Below are positions 15,065-29,943 of a stretch of DNA of 64,000 nucleotides, in pieces (the stretch's first letter is position 1; the number at the start of each line of letters is the position of its first letter). Under the pieces are notes generated by a model. The model worked only from the letters and a program-made list of their open reading frames with translations, made no database searches and was not told the DNA's origin. Source of the stretch: Octopus vulgaris (lineage: Eukaryota); assembly GCA_951406725.2 (NCBI GenBank), contig OX597821.1:18662001-18726000 (forward strand). The letters are read 5' to 3'. The position numbers and the translations under genes are program-made.

Positions 15065-15537
15065 TGTTTTTATTAATAACTTATTTATTAGTACAAATGT
15101 AACAACACTTCTAGATCACAGAATAAATGCTATGATAGAGCCATTATTGTTTTTTGTATTTCATTGTATTTTTAAATACCTCAATATATGTAAATCGTTC
15201 TGATCCTGTAATCCTGTCACGAAGAGCTCGTGAGATCGAAAATAGACTGTATGTTCGTATCAAGCATCGGTGGGTATGTTCATATGAGCGCGTTTATATA
15301 ATTATTGATTTATCCTTGTCTTAGTATGTTCCAAATATGATAATTCAAATATCGGGTGGAAGTCTGCAAAATTCATATGTCGTCTGATACGATTTAATGA
15401 CTGAAATTAGCTGATTCAAGCAGAGGTCCTGTGTTTGACTTACCATGGTTTGTTCTGATGTGTAGTCTGTTCATTATGTTCTGTATATACCAGCAAATGG
15501 AATAAGAATCTCTATTATATCTGTTATCTGATCATGG

Positions 15538-15636
<99 letters not shown>

Positions 15637-15885
15637 GTCTAGCTATGTATTTGTATATATATATGTATATATGTTTATATATATATATATATGCTTGTAT
15701 AATGTATATATACATATACATATACACAAACACGCACATGCACCCATATCCGTATATATACATATGTATATATGTGTGTTTATTTGTATATGTCTGTATA
15801 TATGTGCGTGTGTTTGTATATGTCTGCATGTATTATGTGTATACATACATATATACATACATACATATACATATATACATATATA

Positions 15886-16275
15886 GGGGTACTAGGTCTG
15901 TGGGTAGACCGTTCTTACGTTACAAGGATGTTTGCAAAAGCGACATGAAGGCCTGCAACATCAATATTAGAGGTTGGGAAGCAATTGCCAGCAACCATGG
16001 AGATTGGTGACGTACCGTAAAAGAGGGAATACAAAGGAGTGACAGAGAGAGAGAGAGGAGAAATGGAAAGACAAGAAAAGACGTCAACAAGGAACTATGA
16101 CATTACAACCAACCAGGAACAGTCTTCGCTACATTTGCGGTACCTGCCAGAGAGAGTGTTTGTCCAGGACAGGACTACACAGCCACAGCAGGAAATGTAT
16201 CAGGACATGAAATGTAAAAGCCTGACTAGACTATTTTATGCGCAACTCCATTGTCTCCCGAGACAAAAAGGATGC

Positions 16276-16287
<12 letters not shown>
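15886..16287 (+). mobile_element. RTE-clade LINE 3' end fragment
   Basis: GTRSVGRPFLRYKDVCKSDMKACNI..WEAIA..W, then a C-terminal C..C..GLHSH zinc finger and a (CAA)n tail. Sits inside (TA)n. Confidence 0.8.
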
Positions 16288-16368
<81 letters not shown>

Positions 16369-16529
16369 AATAAGTGTGCTACAAGTAGCACCACCACTCT
16401 AAAAATAGCAGTCAGAAGATACAACAACAACGAATACACATTAACTGAAATCGGGGGAATGAGCAGAAATTCTAAGTCCCCGTACCAATAATAAAAAGAA
16501 TCGTCAGGATTCAAAACTTTGTGAAAATG

Positions 16530-16980
16530 TTAGTTATCCTTAGCGAGTTGTACTGGCCCAAGGGTCATAGAAACAGTCCATTTCAACAATATGCGCTGTG
16601 ACCGTTTTTAATGCCACGGCAAATTTAAAAAGGTAATCGAAGTGAATGATATATATTATAAAAGATATATATATATATAACGATAATATTTTTTTACAAT
16701 AATAGCAAGTGGCATAGCGTACGTAAAAACCATAAAGGTACACCCTTACTTATTAATAATTTTTTTACCTTATGGTATTATCTTTATGGTTTTTTTCGTA
16801 TGCGATGTCATTCGATATTATTGTAAATAATAATAATCCTTATATATATTTTTATAATTTATTATTCACTTCGATCACCTTTTAAAATTTGCCGCGGCAT
16901 TAAAAACGGTCATCGCGTACATTGTTGAGATGGGCAGTTTCTATGACCCTTGGGTCAGCAAGACTCGCTGAGCATAACTA
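16530..16980. mobile_element. Foldback/MITE-like element with ~210-bp diverged inverted arms
   Basis: TTAGTTATCCTTAGCGAGT..CCCAAGGGTCATAGAAAC at the left is mirrored by GTTTCTATGACCCTTGGG..ACTCGCTGAGCATAACTAA at the right. Confidence 0.75.
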
Positions 16981-17089
16981 AGTGACACTTTAACATCTTA
17001 ATGAAAACAAACTATCACGGAGGAAAAAAAGAACAGATCTCCTCACAGAAGAGATTAGTGTCATCAAAAGATGATCTAAGTGCTTCAAA

Positions 17090-17670
17090 GACCTTTACAA
17101 TCACCAAATCACAATGTCAGACATAACATCAATATGCTGAATAATTCTAACAACAACAGAGAGCATTGGTGTACTGCAACTCTTCAGGGGGAAGTCGAAT
17201 AGTAACAACCAGAATACAGTAACCAACCTAATACTGAACGAGAGAGACTCGGAAAAGTGGACACTTTCAAGTACATAGCATCCACTTTGACCGAGGAGGA
17301 CAACTCTTAAAAGGAAATAACAAGAAAGACTCAGTTTTGCCTCTGCTACCATGACGAAGTTGAACATCATATGCGAAACCAACTACATTAGTTTTCCAAC
17401 GAGAATTAAAGTGTTCAAATCTTTGTTGACTTCACTCCTTCTGTATAGGTGTCAGAACTGGATTGGAAGAGTTCACATGAGATGAAGAATCCAGGCATCT
17501 GAGTACAAATAATACAGAAGGCTTCTACGCACCCCCTACGCAGAACACAAAACGAATAGCTTTGTCAGGTAACAAGTAAACACAAACGCTGGCAGACAGG
17601 AAGCATTCCTTGTGCAGATGAAAAGACGAAAGCTTGCCTATTACGGTCACGTATGTTACCACAACTCCAC
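17090..17670 (+). mobile_element. Old RTE-like LINE RT/thumb fragment
   Basis: Degenerate frames give KVDTFKYIASTL, TRIKVFKSLLTSLLLYRCQNW and KRRKLAYYGHVC. Confidence 0.6.
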
Positions 17671-18174
17671 ACCACATATAAGTACATTAAAAAAATATAT
17701 ATACTCATTTATGCTTTCATACATGTATACAAATACAAACATACTCATCCATATATGATGAGACAAATATGAGCTCAGAGTGACCAGTAGCTTGTATTTG
17801 AAAAATAAAGACGAATACAGAGTATATTGAATAACATAAGATGAGATTTTGATTTATTGGAACTGTCATCACTTAGAGAGAAGAGAGAGAAAAACGCTTG
17901 GTGGCAGTTGGGACTAGCTCCAAATGAGAAGGTGAGATAATGCCAAGAATCAAGACGTCTTCAAAACTGATATGTCATTAAGGAAAAGACAGTCTGTTTG
18001 GAGACAATAAATCTAAACTGTATGTATGTATGCTGATGATTACGATGATTATGGTAGTGGCTGGTGGAGATAATGATCATAATTATGTTGGTGCTGCTCA
18101 GTAGAATAAGAGTAAAATGATTACTGCACAGATACAGTGATACATAATTTATGTAAAATATGTAGTAGCAGATG

Positions 18175-18322
18175 GATATGTAGTTAAGACGTTCGCTTCG
18201 CAACCTCGTGGTTTCGGGATCGGTCCCACTTCACAACATCTCGGACAAATGCTTTCAACTATAACCGCAGGCTGACCAATACCTCAATACCTTGTGAATG
18301 ATGTGAGGAAGCCTGTCATATA

Positions 18323-18415
<93 letters not shown>

Positions 18416-18420
18416 GTGTG
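18175..18420 (+). mobile_element. Diverged SINE family A-like 5' part
   Basis: Degenerate tRNA head (GGTTTCGGGATCGGTCCCACT) plus CCTTGTGAATG..GAAGCCTGTC. Confidence 0.55.
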
Positions 18421-18448
18421 TGTATATATATATATGTGTGTGTGTGTG

Positions 18449-18486
<38 letters not shown>

Positions 18487-18573
18487 TATTAGAGACAAAA
18501 CCACTATTTTGCAAAACAAACAAGGAAAGACTTAATCAATATATAAAATTTTAATAAATAGTCAAAAAAACCG

Positions 18574-18616
18574 CCACTACAATTGTTTCTTGTCTTGATC
18601 GACAATCTTCAGGTGG
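18574..18616 (-). ncRNA. Minimal type I hammerhead ribozyme motif (left arm copy)
   Basis: Reverse complement of the motif at 21086-21128. Confidence 0.75.
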
Positions 18617-21085
18617 ACTTCCAATCTAAAATATCAATATTTTAAAATATAAAAATAATAATTTTAAAATAATTAAAGTATTAATAGCAATCCCTTTAAC
18701 CTATACATTCACACACAAATACACACACGTAAACCACACACCCATAACAAATACAAACACCCACCCCACTCACACACACCCACATGTACATATAAGCCTC
18801 AACATATGCACCAAACAAAATTACGTTACCAAGGAACTTAACATATGTATAAAAAGTATTTATTGTCTGTTATAATAAAGTACACACACCCATAACAAAT
18901 ATAAGTGCCCACTTCATTCGCGCGTACCTGGAATTGCATGTGAACCTCAACATATACACCAATCGGCCACTCCCGCCCCATACGGACAAATAAACATACA
19001 TCCCCCAAAATGGGCGTAATCCCACTCACACCAATCATATGTATACAATTATACACACTAGAATAATACATAACTAACCCAAATATACAGAACATATTAA
19101 AAATCACCAACAAACCACCATCACAAATGAAACCCACACCCATACAATGACAAAACTCCCCCCTCCATACCCAATTTACACCCACATAGCAATCCCAATA
19201 TATTTATCCATACATGGACGCACGTGCGTGAAGCACATGCACATAATAAATACGTACAACCCCCCAATACACACTTATATACATACGTATCAAGCTCGAC
19301 ATCCACAGCAATACGCTTACACCCACTCACACCCAGATGGGTGAATTGCACAACCAGGGAACGCACACACACACGTGTGCGTATTTTGATTGTGCAACTC
19401 GCCCATATGCATGTATGCGGGCGCGATTACATTGTTGCACATATCGAGCCCAACTAGCATGCATATGTACATGTGAGGGGGTACACGCAAATGCCGTGCG
19501 CGTGTACCCCCTGCATTTATACCCGTGCGTGAATATACACATGGAGACTACCACACAGGTACAAATGTGTATAGTAATGGGAGCCCCATCACTACACTCA
19601 ATGTATACTCTCACCCATCCGCACGGATGTGAAAGCGAATCTCCGGTGTATATGTTGAGGCTTATATGTAGCGCTGTGGAGGCGAACGTCGTTGAAATTG
19701 TGAATGAATGGGTGGAGTTGGGAATTGTAACCGGGTGGTGGGCTAGCGTTGCTTGGAATTGGGAATGGAATAGTGTAGTAGTAAGGCAGGCATCGAGAAT
19801 AGATTTGGATTACTGCAAGTTGTTTGTTAGAGCTGCTAAGATGCGCTAAAGCTCATAAATGTATATAATAATTTATTATGGTAGTTTTATTAAAGAATCC
19901 ATTCATAATAAATTTTTTTTTAAGTAGTGTTGGTTTGCCACGTGGATATAGTTTTTAGTTCCATTTATTCTATTTCTCCATTCATAATTTTAAATGACGT
20001 TTACTTTCCATGGCGCGTATTCTTTTTTTTACATAAGTTATATTTCTATGGTAACGTAATTTTGGTTTGATTTTTTTAACGGCTAAGAATTTAATTTCAC
20101 TTCATAATTTGAAACTGACTTGTAAGTATGTATTTTATTTCTCCTTATGTCATATTGTTATTTTTGATATTCTGGTTAATTACGATGTATTTAACGTTGT
20201 TTTTTATTGGAGTGTTTATGTATATGAGATTGTGTGTGAGTTTTTAGTTGTATAATTTATTTATCTGTATGAGTGTGGGTGTGTAAATATTGTTGTATAT
20301 ATCGAGTTTAGTGAGTATGTATATGCGTATATGTGAGGGAGTATATGTATCTGTTGTGTGTGTGTGTTATGCGTGTGTGTGTGCTTGTGTGTGAATGTGT
20401 ATATGGGTTTGTTATATAGGTTTGGGATGTATGTGTTAATTTGTCTGTGTGGGAGGGAGTGGGTTTTTGGTGTATATTGAGGTTTATAAGTTAGTATCGG
20501 TATGTGTGAGTGAGGTGGGTATTTGTATAAGTCGTGGGTCTGTGGTTTACGTGTGTGTATTTGTGTGTGAATGTTTAGGTTAGGGGGATTGCTATATAGG
20601 TTTGTTATAGAGATTAGCAAAGGGAGATTTTATCGTTATATGTTTTTAAGAGTTTTGGTTTATCATGGTTTTTTTAGGGAATTCGTGGTAATTTGTCTAT
20701 TTTCGATGTTTGTTGTTTTATTACATTGTTTCATTCATAATTTTTGAGTCGTGTTCGTTTTGCCACGTGAATATTATTTTTAATTCCATTTATTCCATTT
20801 CTCCATTCATAATTTTGAAAGATGTTAGTTTCCAGAGCGGTAATACTTTTTATACATATGTTAAGTTCCTTGGTAACGTAATTTTGTTTGGTGCATATGT
20901 TGAGGCTTATATGTACATGTGGGTGTGTGTGAGAGGGCTGGGTGTTTGTATTTGTTATGGGTGTGTGGTTTACGTGTGTGTATTTGTGTGTGAATGTATA
21001 GGTTAAAGGGATTGCTATTAATACTTTAATTATTTTAAAATTATTATTTTTATATTTTAAAATATTGATATTTTAGATTGGAAGT

Positions 21086-21128
21086 CCACCTGAAGATTGT
21101 CGATCAAGACAAGAAACAATTGTAGTGG
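21086..21128 (+). ncRNA. Minimal type I hammerhead ribozyme motif
   Basis: CCAC-CTGAAGA-TTGTC(gatcaa)GACAA-GAAAC-AATT-GTA-GTGG: intact core, 5-bp stem II, palindromic stem III, GUA site, 4-bp stem I. Confidence 0.78.
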
Positions 21129-21303
21129 CGGTTTTTTTGACTATTTATTAAAATTTTATGTATTGATTAAGTCTTTCCTTGTTTGTTTTGCAAAATAGTG
21201 GTTTTGTCTCTAATAATATTTTATAATATTTTACTATAAAATTGGATTTAATCCTAAATCTGATTTTTTCCCTGTAAATTTGGATTTATTCCCTAATATT
21301 TAT

Positions 21304-21349
<46 letters not shown>

Positions 21350-21415
21350 ATAAAAATGGTAAGACAACAAAAGAATGAAAGAGACCTCGGTGCGCGCTTG
21401 TGTGTGTGGGATTGC

Positions 21416-21464
<49 letters not shown>

Positions 21465-21818
21465 GCGAATGGTGCGGGTGAGGATGTGTACTTTTCAAGT
21501 AAGGGTGGATGAGTGTATACTTTTAGGCGCATGTATGTAGGTGTGCAGGCGCGCATGTATAGGTATGGACGTGCGAGCTTACGCGAATACTATGAACTTT
21601 TTAACCCTTACTTTTACTCCCTCCCCTCACTTAGCGGTCATTCAAATAGCTCTTTTGTCTTAATAACAGTCAATCACACAGAAATTTCCCTTTGTTTAAC
21701 GGTAATTTTCATAGCATTTTTTCCGATGGCCGGATAACTGAAGAGATGGCTGCGTGGATTTCCACCCCGGCATCCAAAACACTGAGCTTTATCATGGCAA
21801 CCGAATGTCACATATTAC

Positions 21819-21901
<83 letters not shown>

Positions 21902-22107
21902 AACATACACACACACACACACAAACATATATGCATATATACATATGACACAAAATACGAATACACAGGGACACTTGCATACATATGCGCACCGAATCGC
22001 GAAGCGAGAACTCAGTACTCAGTTTCTGTAAATCATGTATTCTACATGTATTGAGCACTCCTCGCTTTTGTTACGCACTATTCAACGTTCGTGTGCATGC
22101 ATGTGCG

Positions 22108-22149
<42 letters not shown>

Positions 22150-22579
22150 TATATAATATATTTATATATTAGAAGTTTTGGAAGTGATGTACAGGTATTA
22201 TATATTAGAAAAAATAACGTACTCAGACATCTGGAGATTCTACTAGAGTAGATGCAAGCGCTAATTTATGATTTATAAAAACATGCAACATATTAATAAA
22301 AATCTGTAAATGTACAACCAGATTTCTGAGTACCTTATTTTTTCTAAGATATATATATACAGGTCCAAGCATATACCAGTATAGCACTATATTATCCAAG
22401 CATACACCAGTGTAGCACAATATATCGATTAACGCTACCGGGAATTTTTCATGTGTATATGTGTATGTGTACTAGAGTTTTTCGTTGGTTCTTCTTCAAT
22501 ATTAATACGACACGTCTCTGAAATTCCAGTTGTCGCTACAGAGATTTCCATCATCTTCGATATCGGAGAAAAAGTATAA

Positions 22580-24470
22580 AAATTCAAACAAAATGGAGAA
22601 TACATACACAGAATGATCAATTTATTGTCATTGTCCAGTCAAATTAATGAGTTCACTGATATTGCCGACGCTGCGTTTTGATTGATTGCTGTCATTCATA
22701 TTTACACATTTATATGGTGCATTATGAAGTTGAAACAAGCAAAAAACCTCCTATTTTCACACCTTAATGGATGGAGAGTAAATCCCGATTGAATTGTAGC
22801 ATGTACGTCTTGGATCCTGTTCTAAAAATAACTAAAGGTTGATTTTTGTTTACCTTACTGGACAAGGGATAGGCATAGTTCAGAAGAACTAGGTTATGTT
22901 ACTATTCGACTCTTTTGGTAGTGCTGATTAACAATTTACAAACCTTCCACTATTTTTTATCCTATTCAGAATGTCCATAAAATATGGACAACTCTTAATG
23001 AGGATAACTCTGAAGGTATAGAATACAAGTACAACAATTATTTGTGAGGTAACAGAGAGCGCTTCTAAGAATAAAACTTGAGTTTGCGCCATAGGAAAGC
23101 GATGTACATTGGATTCTTTTTGTAGGAAAAAAGGGATTATATGTTTGTAAGATGGTATCTAAAGGACAGGATTACTACTAACTTTGCCTTTCATCCTTTC
23201 GGGGTCGATAAATAAAGTACCAGTTTCGCACTGGGGGCGATATAATCGACTCAATCCCTTCGTCTGTCCTTGTTTGTCCCCACTATGTTTAGCCCCTTGT
23301 GAGCAGTAAAGAAATATATATAGGTTCTACGGAAAATTATATAAAAGAAAGATAGGTAATTATGAAAACAGTTTTAGGGATAGAAAAAAGAGATTAGCAC
23401 CAGTCTAAGTAAACTAATTCGGTCGATTAAAGATAATAATAACGTCTATATAATTAAGTGGGAAATAATTAGCCGAGCAAAATCTTAAAGCTTTGGGAAC
23501 AAAAGATGTGAACTTTGTATCGAGGAAATTTATCAGGAAATTTACATGAAAACACAAATTGATCAACAACAAGAGGGAAAGAGGACGCTGTTGTGTTCTT
23601 AAAGTTAAATGTACATTTAATAAATTTAAATCGATATAATTAAAATAAATACTGTGTAAATAATACCTAAGAATAGTTTATAAAGTTAAAAATGCACTCA
23701 ATAAATTTAAATAGATAGTGTTAAAAATAAACAGGGTGTAAATGATACCTATGAATCGTGAATCTATACAATAAATTAAATAGATAAATATATATGTATG
23801 AACCCAAACCATCAACAAATATATTTGATTACATAATTGTATTTACTAGTAACTAATATAATTAAAAAAAAAGTAAATAAGAGTGTTGATATAAAATAAA
23901 TAAAAGTAACTGTTAGGTACACACCTAGATTTATTATATCAGTAATAAGGGCGCAGAAGAATATGTTATGGACATGGTGAATTGTATGGAAAGATTTAGC
24001 CTGTAAGGCTAAATCGTTAATCAGTTTGGCCAAATGGATGGAATAAGGACCCAGTGGAATGTGTTATGGGCATACTGAATAGGATGAAAGGTTGTGGCAG
24101 GCTTGTAAACAGTTAATCGGCATTACGAAAAGAGTGGAGTAGTAACATGACCTAGTTCTTCTGAACTATGATTATCTCTTGTCCAGTAAGGTAAAAACAT
24201 CAACATTTAGCTATTTTCAGAACAGAATCCAAGACGCACATGTTACAATTCAATCGGAAGAAACTCTCCATCTATTAGGATGTGATAACTATCAGTCAAT
24301 TATGCCCCGAGGAGGCTTTTTGCTTTTTTCAACTTCCTAATGCACCTTATAAATGTGTAAATATGAATGGCAGCAGTCAGCTGAAACGCAGTGTAGGCAA
24401 TATGAATTTGACTGGACAATGATAATAAATTGATTATTCTGAGTATGAATTCTCCGTTATCTTTGAATTA
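22580..24470. mobile_element. Old Penelope-like element with diverged ~400-bp inverted arms
   Basis: 22580-22985 is a diverged reverse complement of 24060-24470 (e.g. ATAGTTCAGAAGAACTAGGT vs ACCTAGTTCTTCTGAACTAT). Ends at (TA)n. A SINE is nested at 23181. Confidence 0.6.
23181..23316 (+). mobile_element. SINE family B, 5'-truncated
   Basis: CTTTGCCTTTCATCCTTTCGGGGTCGATAAA core plus tail CCTTGTTTGTCCCC..AGCCCCTTGTG..TAAAGAAATA. Confidence 0.8.
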
Positions 24471-24489
24471 TATATATATATATATAGAT

Positions 24490-25200
24490 CGATAAATAAA
24501 TAAAGAAATGGACTTAAACGCAGGTGCTATTCAACTTTTTATACTTCCAACATATGTGATCTTCACATCGGGAAAAAAGAGAAACAACGACAGTAAGTAA
24601 TTTAAACCGAACGTGATGACTGGATATATGATAAAAGGAACGCTGGCAAGTTATTAGAAAAAACTGCTAATAGATTTAACGTCAAATGCAATTTAGAGAA
24701 AGAGAAGGAGAGAAGAAAGAAAATAGCAGAAAACCAAGGGTGGAGATTTGTAGTGCGTTAGAGGAATGGGAATAAAACTCAAAGGCGTGGAAATAGATAT
24801 ATTTAGTGGAAATGAAATGTAAGAAGACAGTTAAAGGTCGAACTTTATAGATTGGTAGAAATTACTTACAGGAACTAAAGGTATGTATTTTTACCAATGT
24901 TTGCAACGATAAACGCATTATTTAAACGTGTTTACAAGAGAATTCTCTGAGAACAGGATGAGATAGAGTTCATCAATACAGAGCGGTCAAGGAGGTCTAC
25001 CTTTATAATATGGAAAGGACCTAGATAGCGTATCCCATTCCAAATCAAATTGTTTATTATGTTCCTTCAGATACCAAATTAATTTACTAAGCCCAGTATT
25101 GTTGCGTTTATTGATATGTCTAAATGTAGAGTAATGGTTAGATATTCTTTTGGACAACTGAGATGAAGAACTACCTATGTAAAAAGAAGTAGGGGCAGGC
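24490..25200 (-). mobile_element. Penelope-like GIY-YIG endonuclease 3' fragment (Neptune-like)
   Basis: FYIGSS..LSKRISNHYSTFRH..TGLSKLIWYLKE..LEWDTL..*PLCIDELYLI..VN...*CVYRCKH, followed by a 3' region ending at (TA)n. Confidence 0.75.
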
Positions 25201-25576
25201 ATGTAGGCCTAAATAGTTAAATAGTTTGGCCAAATGGATGGAATAAGTTTGCCGAAGCATATGCAATGTTTCTGTTGTAGTCTTTCCAAGTTCAACACAT
25301 TTTAGGTTGGCTCTTCGTTCCAATTCCCTGTCCACAGGAATCCCAAAAACACAAACTTCACAACTTGCGAAGTAAACGCAGCGATGTCTCTCGACACACT
25401 GCTAGTTTCCAATGCGCACTTAACCATGTGGTGCTATTCGTTGGCGTGCAACAGATCTAATCCGGAAACTTTTTGATACCACTCTGTTTTTTCGTTGTTA
25501 AAAAAAGTCCGTTTCCTAGTTTGTTTTTATGTTTTCGTTTCTCGTTGTGTTCTACGTTTATTTGTGGTGTCCTGTG

Positions 25577-25618
<42 letters not shown>

Positions 25619-25739
25619 TGTATATATACATATAGATGTAGGTACGTACATATATGTATGTATGCATGCATTTATTTTATTTATTAAATTATTATATGAC
25701 TGAGCGTCCTCGCGTCGTTTCGTTTCTTTTCTCTAAGTA

Positions 25740-25819
<80 letters not shown>

Positions 25820-25833
25820 TGTATGTATGTATG

Positions 25834-25903
<70 letters not shown>

Positions 25904-25940
25904 GTATGTGAGTGTGTGTGTGTGTGTATGTATGTATACA

Positions 25941-26836
<896 letters not shown>

Positions 26837-26852
26837 ACATTAATACACATCA

Positions 26853-27018
26853 ATGTCTCACGCTATGAGTTAAAACATATGAGTTAAAAAAGTTAAAACT
26901 ACCATAATAAATACAGTGTACCGAACGCGAGGGAATGCAAATCTGGAAGCGAGCTCCTTAAAAACTATGGTAGTTTTGACTTTAAGAGTCCCCCATAGCG
27001 TGAGGCATTTATATGTAT
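26853..27018. mobile_element. Small MITE-like inverted repeat
   Basis: AATGTCTCACGCTATG..AAAGTTAAAACTACCATA is mirrored by TATGGTAGTTTTGACTTT..CATAGCGTGAGGCATT. Confidence 0.55.
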
Positions 27019-27479
27019 AAATGCACTTAATATAAATAAATATATTTAAAGGGAATAATTATAATTTTTCCCTTATGAGGTTTTTCACAGCAAAATTCCG
27101 ATGTATTTGGAATCTATGCCATACGAAGCATATTTGTTGAAAATTTCATTTTTCTGAAAGTTATGAGGTAACAAAGTCAGCGGGACACGATTGTAGGGGT
27201 ATGCCCGTAAGATAACGGTATTAACGATGATATTGTGTTTAGTTGCTAATACTAACTGTATTAAACATTGGAATGTTTGTGTGTGTGTGTGTGTGTATTA
27301 AAATTTATTGGCAGTATTTAGATTTATTGGCAGTATTTATTGGCAGTATTTTCATTGCTTTATAAATGCACATCCTTTTTACATACTTGTATTGCATCTT
27401 ATAGCTAGCTCTATTTTATATTTTCTACTATCGACGTTTGAGCGCGCTTTATGTTACATGCTTTGCTAGCGTTCTTCCC

Positions 27480-28150
27480 TCATGGATGGCATTTGTATTT
27501 TATACAAGACAGAGAAAGTTAATCAGAGAATCTGTATCGAATTTTGCCAAAAACTTAGCGATACCTGCTCAGAGGCCTACGCAAAGTTTTCAAGAAGTTT
27601 TCATCGTTCCCGACATAATCAAGGAGATCTTGTGCAACTGAAATCCGAGTACCTTTTTGGTCAGCTGAAAGCAGTTTTGGCACAAACTTGGCAGATACGC
27701 GTCTCACCCAAATTTTCAGTCATAATGGACTGAACTGAATCGTAACTAACCTGCACATCCTCTAACTCACGAATGGTGATTCGTCGATTTCCCTTCACAG
27801 CTGCACGCACACCTGCGATGTTTTTCTCAGTTCTGCTTGTTGCGGGTCTTCCAGAACTTTCGTCACTATCGACATTTTTCGGCCATCTTGGAAAAGACTC
27901 AACCACTCGTACACTTGTGTGCAGCTCATCCACTCATCTCCATAGACTTTCTGCAGTTTTGTGCAGGCCTCTGAACAGGTGTTGCCATGACAACTTTCTC
28001 TGTAAACAGCGGAAGTGAGCCAGAATGTTAAATCTTAGTGCGCATGCACAGCAGAGTTCCAGGTCAATCTGTGCGAAGCGGCTTTACTCTGCATGCTTTA
28101 ACTTCGTTACTATTGTAACAGTTCGGATACTTATTGATCAGACCTCGTAT
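27480..28150 (-). mobile_element. mariner 5' fragment (HTH region) with one TIR and an inverted N-terminal piece
   Basis: Terminus TACGAGGTCTGATCAATAAGTATCCG (minus). Peptide DESSGRPATSRTEKNI..RRITIREL..VSYDSVQSIMTENLG. A plus-strand piece QRICIEFCQKLS..EAY lies at 27520-27590. Confidence 0.75.
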
Positions 28151-28170
28151 ATATATATATATATATATAT

Positions 28171-28528
28171 ACTCTTTTACTCTTTTATTTGTTTCAGTCA
28201 TTTGACTGCGGCCATGCTGGAGCACCGCCTTTAGTCGAGCAAATCGACCCCGGGACTTATTCTTTGTAAGCCCAGTACTTATTCTATCGGTTCTTTTGCC
28301 GAACCGCTAAGTGACGGGGACGTAGACACACAAACATATACACACACACTTATATATATAGACATATATACGACAGGCTTCTTTCAGTTTCCGTCTACCA
28401 AATCCACTCACAAGCCACTGGTTGGCCCGGGGCTATAGCTGAAGACACTTGCCCAAGATGCCACGCAGTGGGACTGAACCCGGAACCATGTGGTTTGTTA
28501 GCAAGCTACTTAGCACACAGCCACTCCT

Positions 28529-28531
<3 letters not shown>
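28171..28531 (-). mobile_element. SINE family A
   Basis: Reverse complement of the 7803 copy, including the tRNA head and the TAAAAGAG tail. Confidence 0.85.
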
Positions 28532-28559
<28 letters not shown>

Positions 28560-28561
28560 CA

Positions 28562-28794
28562 TTTTATCTTTTATTTGTTTCAGTCATTAGGCTGTGGCCA
28601 TGCTGGGCAGCGTTTTGAAGAATTTTTATCGAATGAATCGACCCCAGTACTTATTCTTCTTTTCAGACTGCTACTTATTTTATCGGTCTGTTTTTGTCGA
28701 ATCGCTAAGGTAGGAGGATGTAAACACAACAACACTGGTTGGCAAGCAGTGATGGGGGATAAACATAATTAGAAACAACGACACACACATACAC

Positions 28795-28869
<75 letters not shown>

Positions 28870-28970
28870 TATGTATACGATGGGCTTTTTTTCAGTTTCG
28901 GTCTAATAAATCCACTCATATGGCTTTAGTAGGCTCGGGGACCGAACCCGGAACCACATAGTTGGGAAGC
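28562..28970 (-). mobile_element. SINE family A, older copy
   Basis: Diverged match to family A with internal (CA)n. Confidence 0.7.
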
Positions 28971-29199
28971 ACACACACACACGCGCGCGCGCACACACAC
29001 ACGCACTCACACACACACTCACACTCGTGTGTGTGGGTGTGTGCGTGTGTCTGTTTATGTATATGTACGAATTAATGTATTTTAAACATACACATACCGT
29101 TACATTCACTTTTATTTTTCTTCATAATTAAATTGTATACTATTCATTCTTTCCACCATTTTAACCCCCCCCCCCCGTGTATTTTATCCTCAATGTAAA

Positions 29200-29830
29200 G
29201 AAACCAGTCAATAATATACTCTCCTACATAGTTTTCTTCTTTTTCTCGACATTCCTCAAGCTTGCCAATATCTTTGTGTTAGAAATGAGTGAATCTTGAT
29301 TCGAAAAATACATCGAGACCCGCAGGTGTTGGAATGCGATCGAAAAAGTTAATTATCTGAAAGTTCTATGTCAGGAGGACATGGTGGATGGGGCAGAACT
29401 TCCCAACCGAGCTGTTTATTAGTACTTTTGATCACATAGTGGCTGGAGGTTGTCTCTTTCGTTCCAGTACATGTGGCACCGAAGCACCGAGTTTTGGAAC
29501 CTTACTCATCAAGTGATGGGTAGAGATAACATGAGAGAATTCTATCTTCTAGGCTAATTGTGGAATGGATTAGCGGGGATCCACGTGGATAAACTCGTCC
29601 AACAGATCCTTATTAAAATAAAGGGCTCGGTCTGGACGTGGATAATCTGTGAAGTCGAATTCCACTTCCTTGCAGCGTAAGAAGAATTTCTATGCAATTC
29701 TTACAGTAATAATGCCTTCTCCAATACAGCCCAAGTGTCTTGAGTGGCTTTGACAGTTTTGAAAAAGAAGGGAGTCAGGTGTCGAATATACTGGCTTTTG
29801 CCAACTTGGTATTCCGTCGTCAAATGTCGG
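29200..29830 (-). mobile_element. Highly decayed, internally deleted mariner
   Basis: Minus-strand frames give FDFTDYPRPDR..DLLDEFIHVDPR, KVPKLGASVPHVL (WVPHEL-like) and QLGWEVLPHPPCPPDIELSDN*LFRS (YSPDLAPSD-like). Confidence 0.7.
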
Positions 29831-29943
29831 AAAGAAGGTAAAATTCATTCAAATTTAAAAAACGATGAAGAAAAGTTCTAAAGAAAAATAGAGCTACAAA
29901 GAAGAAAAAAACCCCAGAAAAAACAAACAGACGTCGGCGTGAC

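Larger units (their letters stand above)
18481..21308. mobile_element. Penelope-like insertion with ~380-bp inverted terminal repeats, a one-sided tail and hammerhead motifs
   Basis: 18481-18860 is the near-perfect reverse complement of 20841-21221. The right arm continues ~85 bp before (TA)n. Both flanks are (TA)n. Confidence 0.8.

Noticed and set aside
19337-19849. 170-aa ORF inside the 2.8-kb inverted element
   Set aside because: Mostly CA/TG-rich low complexity spanning an inversion junction; no motif.
23330-23620. PLE RT remnant (LNYIDVII-like) inside the old inverted element
   Set aside because: Too degenerate to call by eye.
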